This document shows positions 1-9,057 of a stretch of DNA of 9,766 nt, in pieces (position 1 is the first letter of the stretch; the number at the start of each line of letters is the position of its first letter). A program made the position numbers and the translations under genes. The notes beneath the pieces are model-generated. The model was not told the origin of the DNA. It saw only the letters and a program-made list of their open reading frames with translations, and ran no database searches. This DNA comes from Amoeboradix gromovi X-113 (lineage: Eukaryota; Fungi; Sanchytriomycota), in assembly GCA_018985225.1 (NCBI GenBank), contig JADGIF010000376.1:1-9766 (forward strand), read 5' to 3'.

Positions 1-311
1 AATAGTCCTTTCTAGTATGCTTATAACCGCTGTAGCCACAGTAAATCAATTGTATTGTTATTTTTGCTCTCTCATATTTTGGTTGCAAATAAGAGCGCTG
101 GACCTATGGGATCTATGAAACAGCCAATTTTATCTGGGCTCGCTTTTTTTAATATAAATGTTTGATTAATCTTGTTTGGCATAACTTTTAGTACTATTTG
201 TTTCCGTGCTGGTATTATACCAAGCAAGTTTTTATCCCTTTTTATTACCGTATAATTTTCTTATATCATACTTTATTTGTCCTAGCTTCTCCACCTTTTC
301 ATTGAAACAAT

Positions 312-3300
312 ATGTCACATTTGGAAATTCATTCAGCAATTAATAGGCTTAAACGTAGGATAGGAAGCAAAGTGGATTGCAATCAAGTTAGCGATAATAT
401 TAGAGACATTGAAAAGAATATCGCACTAGTGTATGCAATTAATGTCGATAAAATTGATCTTGACTTAATAGCACATTTATGCAATTGCATGGACTCTCCA
501 GCTATGACGGATAATATACTAAGCTCTACCATATTTCTGCATGGGCTTTCTGTTGTTTACAAAATATTTAAAGATAACAATGAAACGATGCCAGTTGTTG
601 ACCGTTTGTACACCAGCATTTCAAGCAGATTAAGAACATCTCCGTTTTTGATATCCAAAGTTTATTGTAAAGAGTATTTCCTTGAATATTGCCATCATGC
701 TAAGGATATATTACCTTACTTGTATGATTTGTTCCAGAATGATAAAATTGATCTTCAACATTTATTAACCAACTACCATTCAATATCGAATGGTCCTTTA
801 AACGTCTTTACCAAACCTCGTCCTTGCGATCCTTTAATTGTTAATAATCTAACAAAATTGGTCAGGTTTGGTACAAATGAGTCTTTGACTTGCGCTACTT
901 TGTTGGCTATTGTATCAAATCATTGCCCAACCTGGTACCTTGATTATTTGATTGAATGTGTTGTTCAGAACTCCAAATTTCCAGATATCACACTTGTCGT
1001 TGTGGTCTACAACATGTTTTATCTGATCCATCATTACCCAGACTTAAAATCTAAAATATTTAGCATGGTGGAATCCAACATTCACATACTTGCTGACAAA
1101 TCTACCTTGATAGCAGTGGGTGAGTTAATTGCAAACTGTGTACCCTTTGATAGTGTGGCGTGGCTATACTCTTTTTTAGATTCGTCTCAGTCCAAAGGTA
1201 TTCCAATAGTTTCTACAATGTACATATCTTGCGGATTTATTAGTTGTCATGTCGATCAGCCTAAAACATTGGATTTAGCAATATCACAACTGTTGAGGGT
1301 GGTTACCAAATCATTAAAAAGAACTCAACAAACCGATTCTAGTATTAAAACGCTATCCAAAGAGATGTCATTAAAGATAACCCGCAAGCTAAACGAGCAA
1401 CTAAGCTCCAGTCAAGATAAAGTGAAAACCTTACCGCTAAAAAGCATGGTAAGTTTAACTAATTTTGATGAGCAGTCGGATCCCTTGTTTGTTGTAATAA
1501 CAGTGTTAACGATAATAGGAGAGTATATTATTGGCAGTTGTGGGGATTATGTTCCCAAGTACCTATGTGCTTGGCAATTTAATCAGAAACATTCAGAATC
1601 TATCCAAGAGAGTATTAGGCTTTTTGAAGACATACTGCAAAACCTTGCAGACGTAGCGCAGGGACAGAGCACTGCTATATTAAATAAAAACTCAATTGAA
1701 GCATCAGTTAATGGCCCAGTGCATGACGCTTTATACCTACACGTTTTAGATTCATTTATAGATTTATCCGATGCGGGGCTACATACCAAATATAACTATA
1801 GCCTATTGAATACTGCGTTAAATCTATTTGAATATAAAAGCTGGAACATTCTTAAGCTGGTGGATGACAAGGAGCTGTTTATGACTTATATACACAGTTT
1901 TGCATTAGAAGGTAATTATTCATTCGAATCTATCAGCAAGATAGCTCAAAAAGAACTGTTGCCAATTGTTCCACTTATTGAAAAATTGTTATGCGACCAT
2001 GGATTGTTGTTTGTGCAGTCTGTACTTGATAAACCTACTCTAGACTCTTTTATGAAGAGCATTCCTAATTACAATGAATTCGTATCTCAATTTAGAGTTT
2101 TTTGGGTCTTTTATTCACTTTTCAATTTCAATTGTTTAACTGGAGAGATTGGTGAGTCATTTAGTAGAATAGCATTTTATAGCCCTGTGCTCTTCCCAGC
2201 TATTATTAGCCAGGACATGGAGGAAAATAATTATAAGAAAACCCTAGACTACAACCCTTACAGAGAGCACTTTACCAGTGATGTGAGATTGGGCTTGATA
2301 GGAAGTGCTCAAGTACTGCTAAATTTTGGAGACGTGTACAAACAGAGACTGAAATTACTGGTTGGCGATGTTGACGTTCGACATGTTACTAATCAGGAAT
2401 GTTTGCATTTGCTTGCTATTTATGATTTGGAATACAAAAGGGTACTAGCTGGTAGGCACGAAATAATAAATTATTTGGCTGCTTTTGATCTCAGCACGGG
2501 TGCGCAAGCTGCCTCTACAAGTTATAAACACTCTCAAGCATTTATATTGTTCAAGTCTTGTTTACGAGGCTGCATACTTAATATACTACAGGTGTATTTG
2601 AATACAGCAACTACAACCACCCTTATACAATATTATGATTTGCTGGAGAGTCAAGAAGAAATGTTTACAACTTTATTTTTGGAGCAACAATCTCAGCACT
2701 TGTTATTCCATTGCTGCTGTCATCCTCTAAGCGAAGTGCATGTTTTCAGCGTAATATTTATCGAGCAACTGTTAAATAAGTTTCCGTCTTTGATGTGGAG
2801 CAAAGGTATGCTGTTTCTTTGCCTTGATTTAATTCAAATATTAAACCAGAGTGTAATGGACATAACTAGAAATGTTTGCTGTTTCTATTACAAGGTTCCA
2901 AGCGCTAACCGATTGCTTTATCTTCCGGATGACCTGGATCATCGCAAGTTAGTGTACAGTGATCTCAGCACATTTCTTATGAACTGGATAGATAAGGGAG
3001 CAAAAAGTAGTGAGAGCGAGTCTTACATAGTAATTAGAGAGTACATAATGAAAGGCCAGTTGCAAACCTGTATTTTTAAATTAACATAGTTTGGAGTGCA
3101 GATCAGCACAAGGGTATAGCAATAGCCATGGATGTATTAAAGCAGCTACAGCTGCAGGAAACTAATCACATTATGTCATTACGTAATTTTGAGGGTAAAA
3201 TAGCCATGCAATCTTTTTACGAGGGTTTAGTGCATGGCAATTTAATAAGCAGTATCGATGTGGTCCGTAAAGACGTTTATAATGATATAATGCCATACTT

Positions 3301-5740
3301 GAAGCATTTCGATTATAACGATGAACTGTTTCCAACAATAAGCAAATTATTACATACCGGTGCAGAATATTTGGCTTTATCTTCTTCGACTTCCTTTAAT
3401 TTTGCAAAGTTTTTAATTTGGATTCCCGTCAAGTCTTTCGAGCCCAAACTAGTTATGCTAGGTGTTAGTTTATGGTCCTGGGTGATTTATAAAAACAAAA
3501 CACTTGAAGACAGATTCCTTAGTGAAGTCATTAAAGCATTTCAATGGACTGCTAAACATCATCATGGTATATTTAACATTCCTCTCTTAAAAACCAAAGA
3601 TCCGTTCAAATCTAAAATATCTTACAACAATGAATCGTCTCTAGGTATCCCTAAATTAGACAGCCACAAGTTGACTAGCTGCCACGCTATGATGCTCAAG
3701 TTCCTAATAGATAGAGTTAATAGTGGAAGCTCTTACCTTTTCAGTAAAAACATAATCGACCTGTTCACCACTATCAGCGCTTCTAAAATTGCAACTCACG
3801 CAAGCGTGCGTCCCTGCTTTCTTTTATTCGTTGTTTTGGGCTTTAGATGGATCAAATCATACAGGGTGAATGATCATCTCTCCATTACTCTAACCGAAAA
3901 GTTGTTTGACGTTATATTCCAATGGTTTAGCCACCCTACTGAATCCTACGATGGTGAAAATCAATTCTATCCATTGGACGAACTAAAAGTAATGCTGGAC
4001 CTCTATGAGTTGGTTGATTCTACTAACCTTCCCAATAATCCCATGGTAAAACAACTATTTCTACTGTTTCTTGACAATGAGATAGATATTGTGATGCTAC
4101 ATTTGCACCCGTTGCAATGCAAGTTAGAGAAACAGACTTCGCCAGCTTCTGCTATCAGCATATCCAACAACGAATACGTTCAATTAACAACTTTGGCCTA
4201 TAGCATTAATCCTCGGCTAGCTTATAGAATGATTCGGAGATTTATAAAAGTACCTATAATTCAAGATACATTCAATTACCTCGAGAAGAATAACCCCAAC
4301 ACTGCTATGAATGATTGCTCTGATGTCATTGATACCGTGATTACCATAAACACCAACCCTGCACACCCATTAAGAGCCATCACTCTGTTAATCAGCCAGG
4401 ATTCTATAGTGCTGCAGTACGCAGTTAGATCATTGCAACAGTACCCTATCAGCGATGTTTTCTTCTTTATTCCACAGCTGGTTCAGGCATTGAGGTACGA
4501 CACTTTGGGCTATGTTGAATTGTTCATCCTGAGGGCTGCAAAGTCGAATAGTAAATTTAGCCACTTGATAATATGGAATTTGAAAGCCAATTTGTACTCT
4601 GATGTTGAGTTACTGATACCTGATATCATGAAGTACCAATTTGAACGGTTAATTAGTAAGATTGAGTTGCTATTTACTGGTGAGATGCTTTTGTATTATA
4701 ATCGTGAATTTGAGTTCTTCAACAAGATAACCAACATATCCAAAGTGTTAAAACCGTTTGTTAAGCAAAGTAAAGAATTTAAGAAAAAGAAGATTGACGA
4801 TGAATTGAGTCACATAAAAGTAGACGTTGGCGTGTATCTACCAAGTTCACCAGAGACCACAGTGATAGATATAGATTACAATAGTGGCAGGCCATTGCAG
4901 AGCCATGCAAAAACGCCGTTTATGGCAACATTTATGACAATAACTAACAAGATACAATCACCTGTTAGCGCTATTTTTAAAGTCGGAGATGACTGTAGGC
5001 AAGATGTGCTAGCCTTACAAATCATAGCTATCTGTAAGAATATATTTGAGAGCCAAGGATTAAACACTTACTTATTCCCGTACAGAGTGGTGGCATCAGA
5101 CACTGGATGCGGTGTTATAGAAGTAATACCAAACAGCAGTAGTAGGGATATGATAGGAAGAGAAAAGATAAACTCATTGACAGAGTATTTCGTAAGTAAG
5201 TTTGGAAATATGCATACGATAGAGTATCAAAAGGCTAAGAGGTGTTTTTGGGAGAGCATGGCTGCTTACAGCGTAGTGCTTTATATACTGCAGATAAAAG
5301 ACAGGCATAACGGCAATATAATGATAGATCAACACGGCCATATCGTTCATATCGATTTCGGATTTATATTAGATATAGCACCTGGTGGTATCAAATTCGA
5401 AGGAGCAGATTTCAAACTAACTAGCGAAATGGTGCAACTTATGGATAATCAAGATGGGTTGGCATACAAACGATTTAAAGAGCTTACAATTAGGGCATTT
5501 TTAGCAATGAGACCATATGCTGATGATATAGTAGATACGGTTCGATTGATGGCAGATAGTGGATTACCGTGCTTCAAGTCAAGAAACACGATTGAGAAGC
5601 TGAGGCAAAGATTCAAGACAGAATTGAGTGAAAGAGAAGCAGCAATATACATGATGGAAGTGATAGATAAGAGCTTTGAGAATTACAGAACAGTAATATA
5701 CGACAGCTTTCAAAAGCAGACTAATGGTATACCATATTAG
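312..5740 (+). CDS. STT4: Phosphatidylinositol 4-kinase type III-alpha (STT4/PI4KA), join(312..3069,3090..5740), ~1802 aa
   Basis: The downstream ORF carries the PIK helical region (LQYAVRSL...FFFIPQLVQALRYD), the kinase motifs PLQSHAKTPF, IFKVGDDCRQD, KDRHNGN and HIDFGF, and the STT4-type C-terminus YDSFQKQTNGIPY. The upstream ORF ends in PI4KA N-terminal scaffold-like sequence (LLAIYDLEYKR, KFPSLMWSK...LDLIQIL, LYLPDDLDHR). Removing 3070..3089 joins the frames into ...EYIMKGQLQTFWSADQHKGIAIAMDVL..., resembling the PI4KA segment I recall as EYL...QHTGLAMA. The joined length fits the family (~1900-2100 aa). Confidence 0.93.
3070..3089 (+). other. 20-nt spliceosomal intron (phase 1) in STT4
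   Basis: GTATTTTTAAATTAACATAG has a GT donor, a TTAAC branch-like motif, a TAG acceptor and is very AT-rich. It contains the stop of the upstream frame (TAG 3087..3089) and a stop of the downstream frame (TAA 3077..3079). Nearby donors at 3030, 3041 and 3059 paired with the same AG give 60, 49 and 31 nt, none of which restores the frame. Confidence 0.85.
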
Positions 5741-5742
5741 GG

Positions 5743-5748
5743 AATAAA
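5743..5748 (+). terminator. AATAAA polyadenylation signal candidate for STT4
   Basis: The canonical hexamer lies 2 nt after the STT4 stop (TAG GG AATAAA). Confidence 0.55.
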
Positions 5749-5762
5749 TTGTATATTTTTCA

Positions 5763-8096
5763 ATGCAGTGTTTTACACGCTCTACCGCGGATGAATCCAA
5801 TCTCACTCAATTGTATAGCAGTGAGTATACAAACAGACAGCTATTTAAAACATCTACAATAAACATAAAAGTCTCTTATAATCATCCAGAGTACATTATA
5901 TACATAAATGACAATAAGATAGCAGCTAGTCAATACCTGATATATGGTGATAAGCTGATGTACTTGGATAGTCTAAAAAATCAAATCGGAATTGTAGAAG
6001 TTAAGCTGGCAACTATGCGTTATATTTCCATTGATGAAAGCATAATCAACTTCCATATAATGTCGGAATACTTGGTAATTGTTAGTAATTCTAACATATG
6101 GTATGGCCCAACTTCACTGATAAATACTGGCACCTCTAATATTCAACCTTTTTTAAGGGTGCTAGCTAATGTATCCGGAATTAGCTGTGTTTGCAATAAC
6201 TATATCTGCGTTGCTTCTGTACAGGGCATCACATTGTATACCATTAATTCTAAATCATTTCTAGTACCACTAGTAGGAGAAAAGATGGATGTAGTTAGCA
6301 ATGGTGATTATGTCTATGTAAGTGGTAAAATGGGATACATCTATGATACCAAACTCCGATATAATGCATATACTGGCCCATTACCCGGTAGATGGGTCAG
6401 ATCATACATAAATAAGTCTATATACCTGGTAAACGAAGAATGCTCGGAGTTGGTGGAAAAAGATATTTACTCAAAGATCCAGCAGAGTATAAAAATGGAG
6501 ATGTTTGAATTGGGCATTATACTAATAGAGCAGGAGCCTGCGTCTAATTTTGGCTCCTTTAAAAACACGGTCAATGTGTATGATATTAGAGCTAATGATG
6601 AATTGGAATCTCTGCGAGTATACGATAAAGTTGAATTAAAGAGTGAGGTATACAAGTTGTTTGCAAACTACACCTACAAAACTGACTCAAATAGGGCTAT
6701 GCAGTATTACATAGAGACAATTGGGTATTTAGAACCCAGCGCTGTTATATTGAAATACATGAACTCAAAAAAGATTGAGCAACTGATGGATTATTTAGAA
6801 GCACTGCATTTCAAGAATACGGCTAATAGTGACCATACCACGTTATTGTTGAACTGCTATTCTAAAAGTAAAAGCATTGCTAGACTTGATGCTTTTCTCA
6901 AAAACGTTGAAAATGTTGAATTTAATCCGGAGGTTGCTATTAAAGTTACTAGAGAAGCAGGTCATTACAATCAGGCGATGCAATTGTGTAGGACTTTCAA
7001 GAACCATCACTATTACTGCAAAATATTGTTGGACGATTTAAATGACTATTCGGGAGGACTGGCATATATTAAGCAGCTAGAGTTTAGCGAGATGCTAGCA
7101 CTAATACACTATCATGGCAGAGCTCTAATTGATGCTATCCCCTACGAAACCACTGAACTATTCAAACATTTGTGCTCTGAGTTTAAAGTGCCTCCTGAAC
7201 AGTTCTTACCATTTTATAGACAAGAGTTGAAATACTTGTCGGAGTTCCTGCTTTTTGCCGTAGTTAACGTAGGAGTAGTAGGTAAAAAGATATGGACCAG
7301 TTTGTTCGAGGTCGCGCTGCAAAATAATCAGCTGACTCCATTATTACTTCAAATATTGCAGGATCCCAATGCTCAGCTGGATGAAGTGGAAGTATTGCTA
7401 CTATGCCACACACATAAATACCATTCTGGTAAACTAGTTATGCTTCAAAGAATGAATTTGTTGAAGGAGATTGTTTTGGTCTACATGGACTTGATGGATC
7501 ATGATAAAGTATTAGAGAGTGCTATTGAGTATTGCAGTGATGATAAAGCAACATGGACCAACGTTCTAGCTTGGTTCGCGCATTGGAATAATACAGACTT
7601 GATTATGAAATCTATCCAGCAAATCGAAGCTACTAACATACTTACGCCGGTAGAAGTTATCAGAATATTAGCAATGGAATCAGACTTGAAAATGGAGATT
7701 GTGAAAGATTATTTACAGCGACAGTTCAAATCAAGCTTAAATAAAATCGAAGAGTATCAGAGCGTAGGCGAGTCTTTCGAAAAGGAAATCAAATCAATGT
7801 CTATTGAATTGGATAAAATACAGAATGAGCCAATACTGTTCCAGGAAACCATTTGCAGTGCATGTCAGCAAATATTGACGTTGCCGATAGTGCACTTTTA
7901 TTGCCATCATTCGTATCATCACAGCTGTCTAGGGGATTCAGAGATCTGCCTCAAGTGTATAGACGAATATGAGTCACCTTTAGAGCAAGAGAATGAAAAA
8001 GACTTTTATGAGGAATTAGAATTAGCCACTGATCCATTCGCAAAAATGACAGAATATTTAACAAGGCATAATATTAGTACTACGCCTATGCACTAA
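5763..8096 (+). CDS. VPS11: Vacuolar protein sorting protein 11 (Vps11/Pep5), HOPS/CORVET core subunit, 777 aa
   Basis: Diagnostic segments AMQYYIETIGYLEPSAVILKY, YLEALH...ANSDHTTLLLNCYSK and clathrin-repeat-like helices. There is a C-terminal RING-H2 (CSAC...PIVHFYCHHSYHHSCL...CLKC) and a Vps11_C-like tail (DPFAKMTEYLTR). The N-terminus is beta-rich and propeller-like. Confidence 0.95.
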   Translation: MQCFTRSTADESNLTQLYSSEYTNRQLFKTSTINIKVSYNHPEYIIYINDNKIAASQYLIYGDKLMYLDSLKNQIGIVEVKLATMRYISIDESIINFHIMSEYLVIVSNSNIWYGPTSLINTGTSNIQPFLRVLANVSGISCVCNNYICVASVQGITLYTINSKSFLVPLVGEKMDVVSNGDYVYVSGKMGYIYDTKLRYNAYTGPLPGRWVRSYINKSIYLVNEECSELVEKDIYSKIQQSIKMEMFELGIILIEQEPASNFGSFKNTVNVYDIRANDELESLRVYDKVELKSEVYKLFANYTYKTDSNRAMQYYIETIGYLEPSAVILKYMNSKKIEQLMDYLEALHFKNTANSDHTTLLLNCYSKSKSIARLDAFLKNVENVEFNPEVAIKVTREAGHYNQAMQLCRTFKNHHYYCKILLDDLNDYSGGLAYIKQLEFSEMLALIHYHGRALIDAIPYETTELFKHLCSEFKVPPEQFLPFYRQELKYLSEFLLFAVVNVGVVGKKIWTSLFEVALQNNQLTPLLLQILQDPNAQLDEVEVLLLCHTHKYHSGKLVMLQRMNLLKEIVLVYMDLMDHDKVLESAIEYCSDDKATWTNVLAWFAHWNNTDLIMKSIQQIEATNILTPVEVIRILAMESDLKMEIVKDYLQRQFKSSLNKIEEYQSVGESFEKEIKSMSIELDKIQNEPILFQETICSACQQILTLPIVHFYCHHSYHHSCLGDSEICLKCIDEYESPLEQENEKDFYEELELATDPFAKMTEYLTRHNISTTPMH

Positions 8097-8101
8097 ATAA
8101 A
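8096..8101 (+). terminator. AATAAA polyadenylation signal candidate for VPS11, overlapping the stop codon
   Basis: The sequence reads TAAATAAA at 8094..8101. A second AATAAA lies at 8130..8135. Confidence 0.5.
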
Positions 8102-8141
8102 CAACATTTCTTAATCTTGCGACTTTAAAAATAAATAAGAA

Positions 8142-8681
8142 TTATGCTTGTTTATTATATGCATCCAAATGTGCCTTATAGTCCAAAGCTGAATAATGAA
8201 CATGCGTAAGAGCGCAGATCTGATCCTTCACTAAGTTCCTATCCTCGATATCGTTAAACCAAACAGATACTACGTCATCAGTATGACGAATGCTGAGCAC
8301 AAGTCCTAAAGCACTTAGCTGACCGGAGCATAAGCTTAAGAGTAAGACTTCATAAAAGCGACGACTGTATTGCTTTACTATTCGAATGCTCCATTTGCCA
8401 CCGTGTTCGCTGGATTCCCAAGTAGGAGTAATATCTTTACGGAAAAAGTGAATATCGCTAATTGGAGGCAAGTCAAAGTTGAGATGGCAATAAACATTCC
8501 AGAATTCATCGCAAGTGTGCATAGTTTGTAATTTCAACAAGTGTTTTGTATAATCTGTTATTTTAACACCGGTTGGACGATGAATGAACCACAGCGTCAG
8601 AGGTATTTGAACAGGAATATCTGCTGCTCTTCCGCTTTTATTTAAATCGTCCATTGCTATTCTAGTATCAAAAGATTGCAT
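8142..8681 (-). CDS. EIF4E2: eIF4E-family cap-binding protein, class II (4EHP/eIF4E2-like), 179 aa (alternative start at 8654)
   Basis: eIF4E core motifs LWF, EFWNVYCHL, DIHFFRKDITPTWE, GGKWSIR, LSIR...VVSVW and DYKAH. Positions equivalent to human eIF4E1 W43 and W56 are L and Y, the class II hallmark. Confidence 0.9.
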   Translation of the reverse strand: MQSFDTRIAMDDLNKSGRAADIPVQIPLTLWFIHRPTGVKITDYTKHLLKLQTMHTCDEFWNVYCHLNFDLPPISDIHFFRKDITPTWESSEHGGKWSIRIVKQYSRRFYEVLLLSLCSGQLSALGLVLSIRHTDDVVSVWFNDIEDRNLVKDQICALTHVHYSALDYKAHLDAYNKQA

Positions 8682-8950
8682 GAAAGTTTGATATCACAAG
8701 GAGAAAGAAAATGATTTTGTGTCAATTTAAGCTATATGGGTATACCATATTTATCATGCAAGGAACTCTTATGATCTTGCAACTTACAGTTCAAACCGAA
8801 TGGAATTTTGTTTTCGGTTATGTTAAATCTAGAAATATCCATAAGCAGCTCGTACTTTCTACTGTGTTGTTTATTTAATTAATTGTGCGTTAAAGCTTCT
8901 ATCAAACTATACGAAAAAGGGTCATTTTATCTGTGCAATAAATGGTATAA

Positions 8951-8962
8951 AATAAATTTATT
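8951..8962. terminator. Palindromic AATAAA/TTTATT, possible bidirectional poly(A) signal (minus-strand copy would serve FRG1)
   Basis: AATAAATTTATT is a perfect 12-nt palindrome. It holds the first minus-strand AATAAA downstream of FRG1. Confidence 0.4.
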
Positions 8963-9057
8963 ATTTTAAATACTTTTCCAACATTTATGTTTCGTGTCTC
9001 TTATGCTTGGGATTCCTCAAGGCCGATTGCTTCAATGAATTCAAATTTACTGTTTTG

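Noticed and set aside
1-311. Possible end or start of a neighbouring gene (e.g. + frame ending at TGA 116..118; - frame ...YLQPKYERAKITIQ... running off the window; - ORF from ATG 182)
   Set aside because: Several short open frames exist on both strands but none is recognisable. More flanking sequence is needed.
312-3089. 925-aa ORF as an independent novel gene
   Set aside because: It has PI4KA N-terminal features and joins the kinase ORF cleanly through a GT-AG intron.
3069-3092. Programmed -1 frameshift or stop-codon reassignment linking the two STT4 ORFs
   Set aside because: The heptamer TTTAAAT (3075..3081) is not in the X_XXY_YYZ register of the upstream frame. Read-through of TAG would not change frame, and TAG/TAA act as true stops at conserved C-termini.
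5751-5768. 18-nt GTATATTTTTCAATGCAG as a micro-intron spanning the VPS11 ATG
   Set aside because: It lacks a TAAC-like branch motif, would delete the only suitable start codon, and creates no fusion because the STT4 stop lies upstream.
7631-7637. Perfect TACTAAC branch-point motif in VPS11
   Set aside because: No nearby upstream GT donor exists, and it lies in conserved coding sequence (ATNILTPVEV).
8555-8569. 15-nt in-frame GT...CAG (GTGTTAAAATAACAG, minus strand) in eIF4E
   Set aside because: It encodes the loop between WFIHRP and the cap-stacking Tyr. Its length matches class II eIF4Es, and removal would shorten that loop implausibly.
8685-8908. MITE bounded by the 9-bp inverted repeat
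   Set aside because: There is no target-site duplication and no second copy in the window. Copy number cannot be assessed here.
8682-8935. Identification of the structured gap as RNase P/MRP, U1, U3 or SRP RNA
   Set aside because: GAAAGTTTGA/TCAAACTA mimics a P4 helix but the CR-V ACnnRA is missing and P1-P3 would overlap eIF4E. There is no ATACTTACC 5' end in the right position for U1. ACTATACG...GGGTCATTT resembles the U3 5' end but boxes C'/B/C/D are absent. The SRP helix 8 motif is incomplete.
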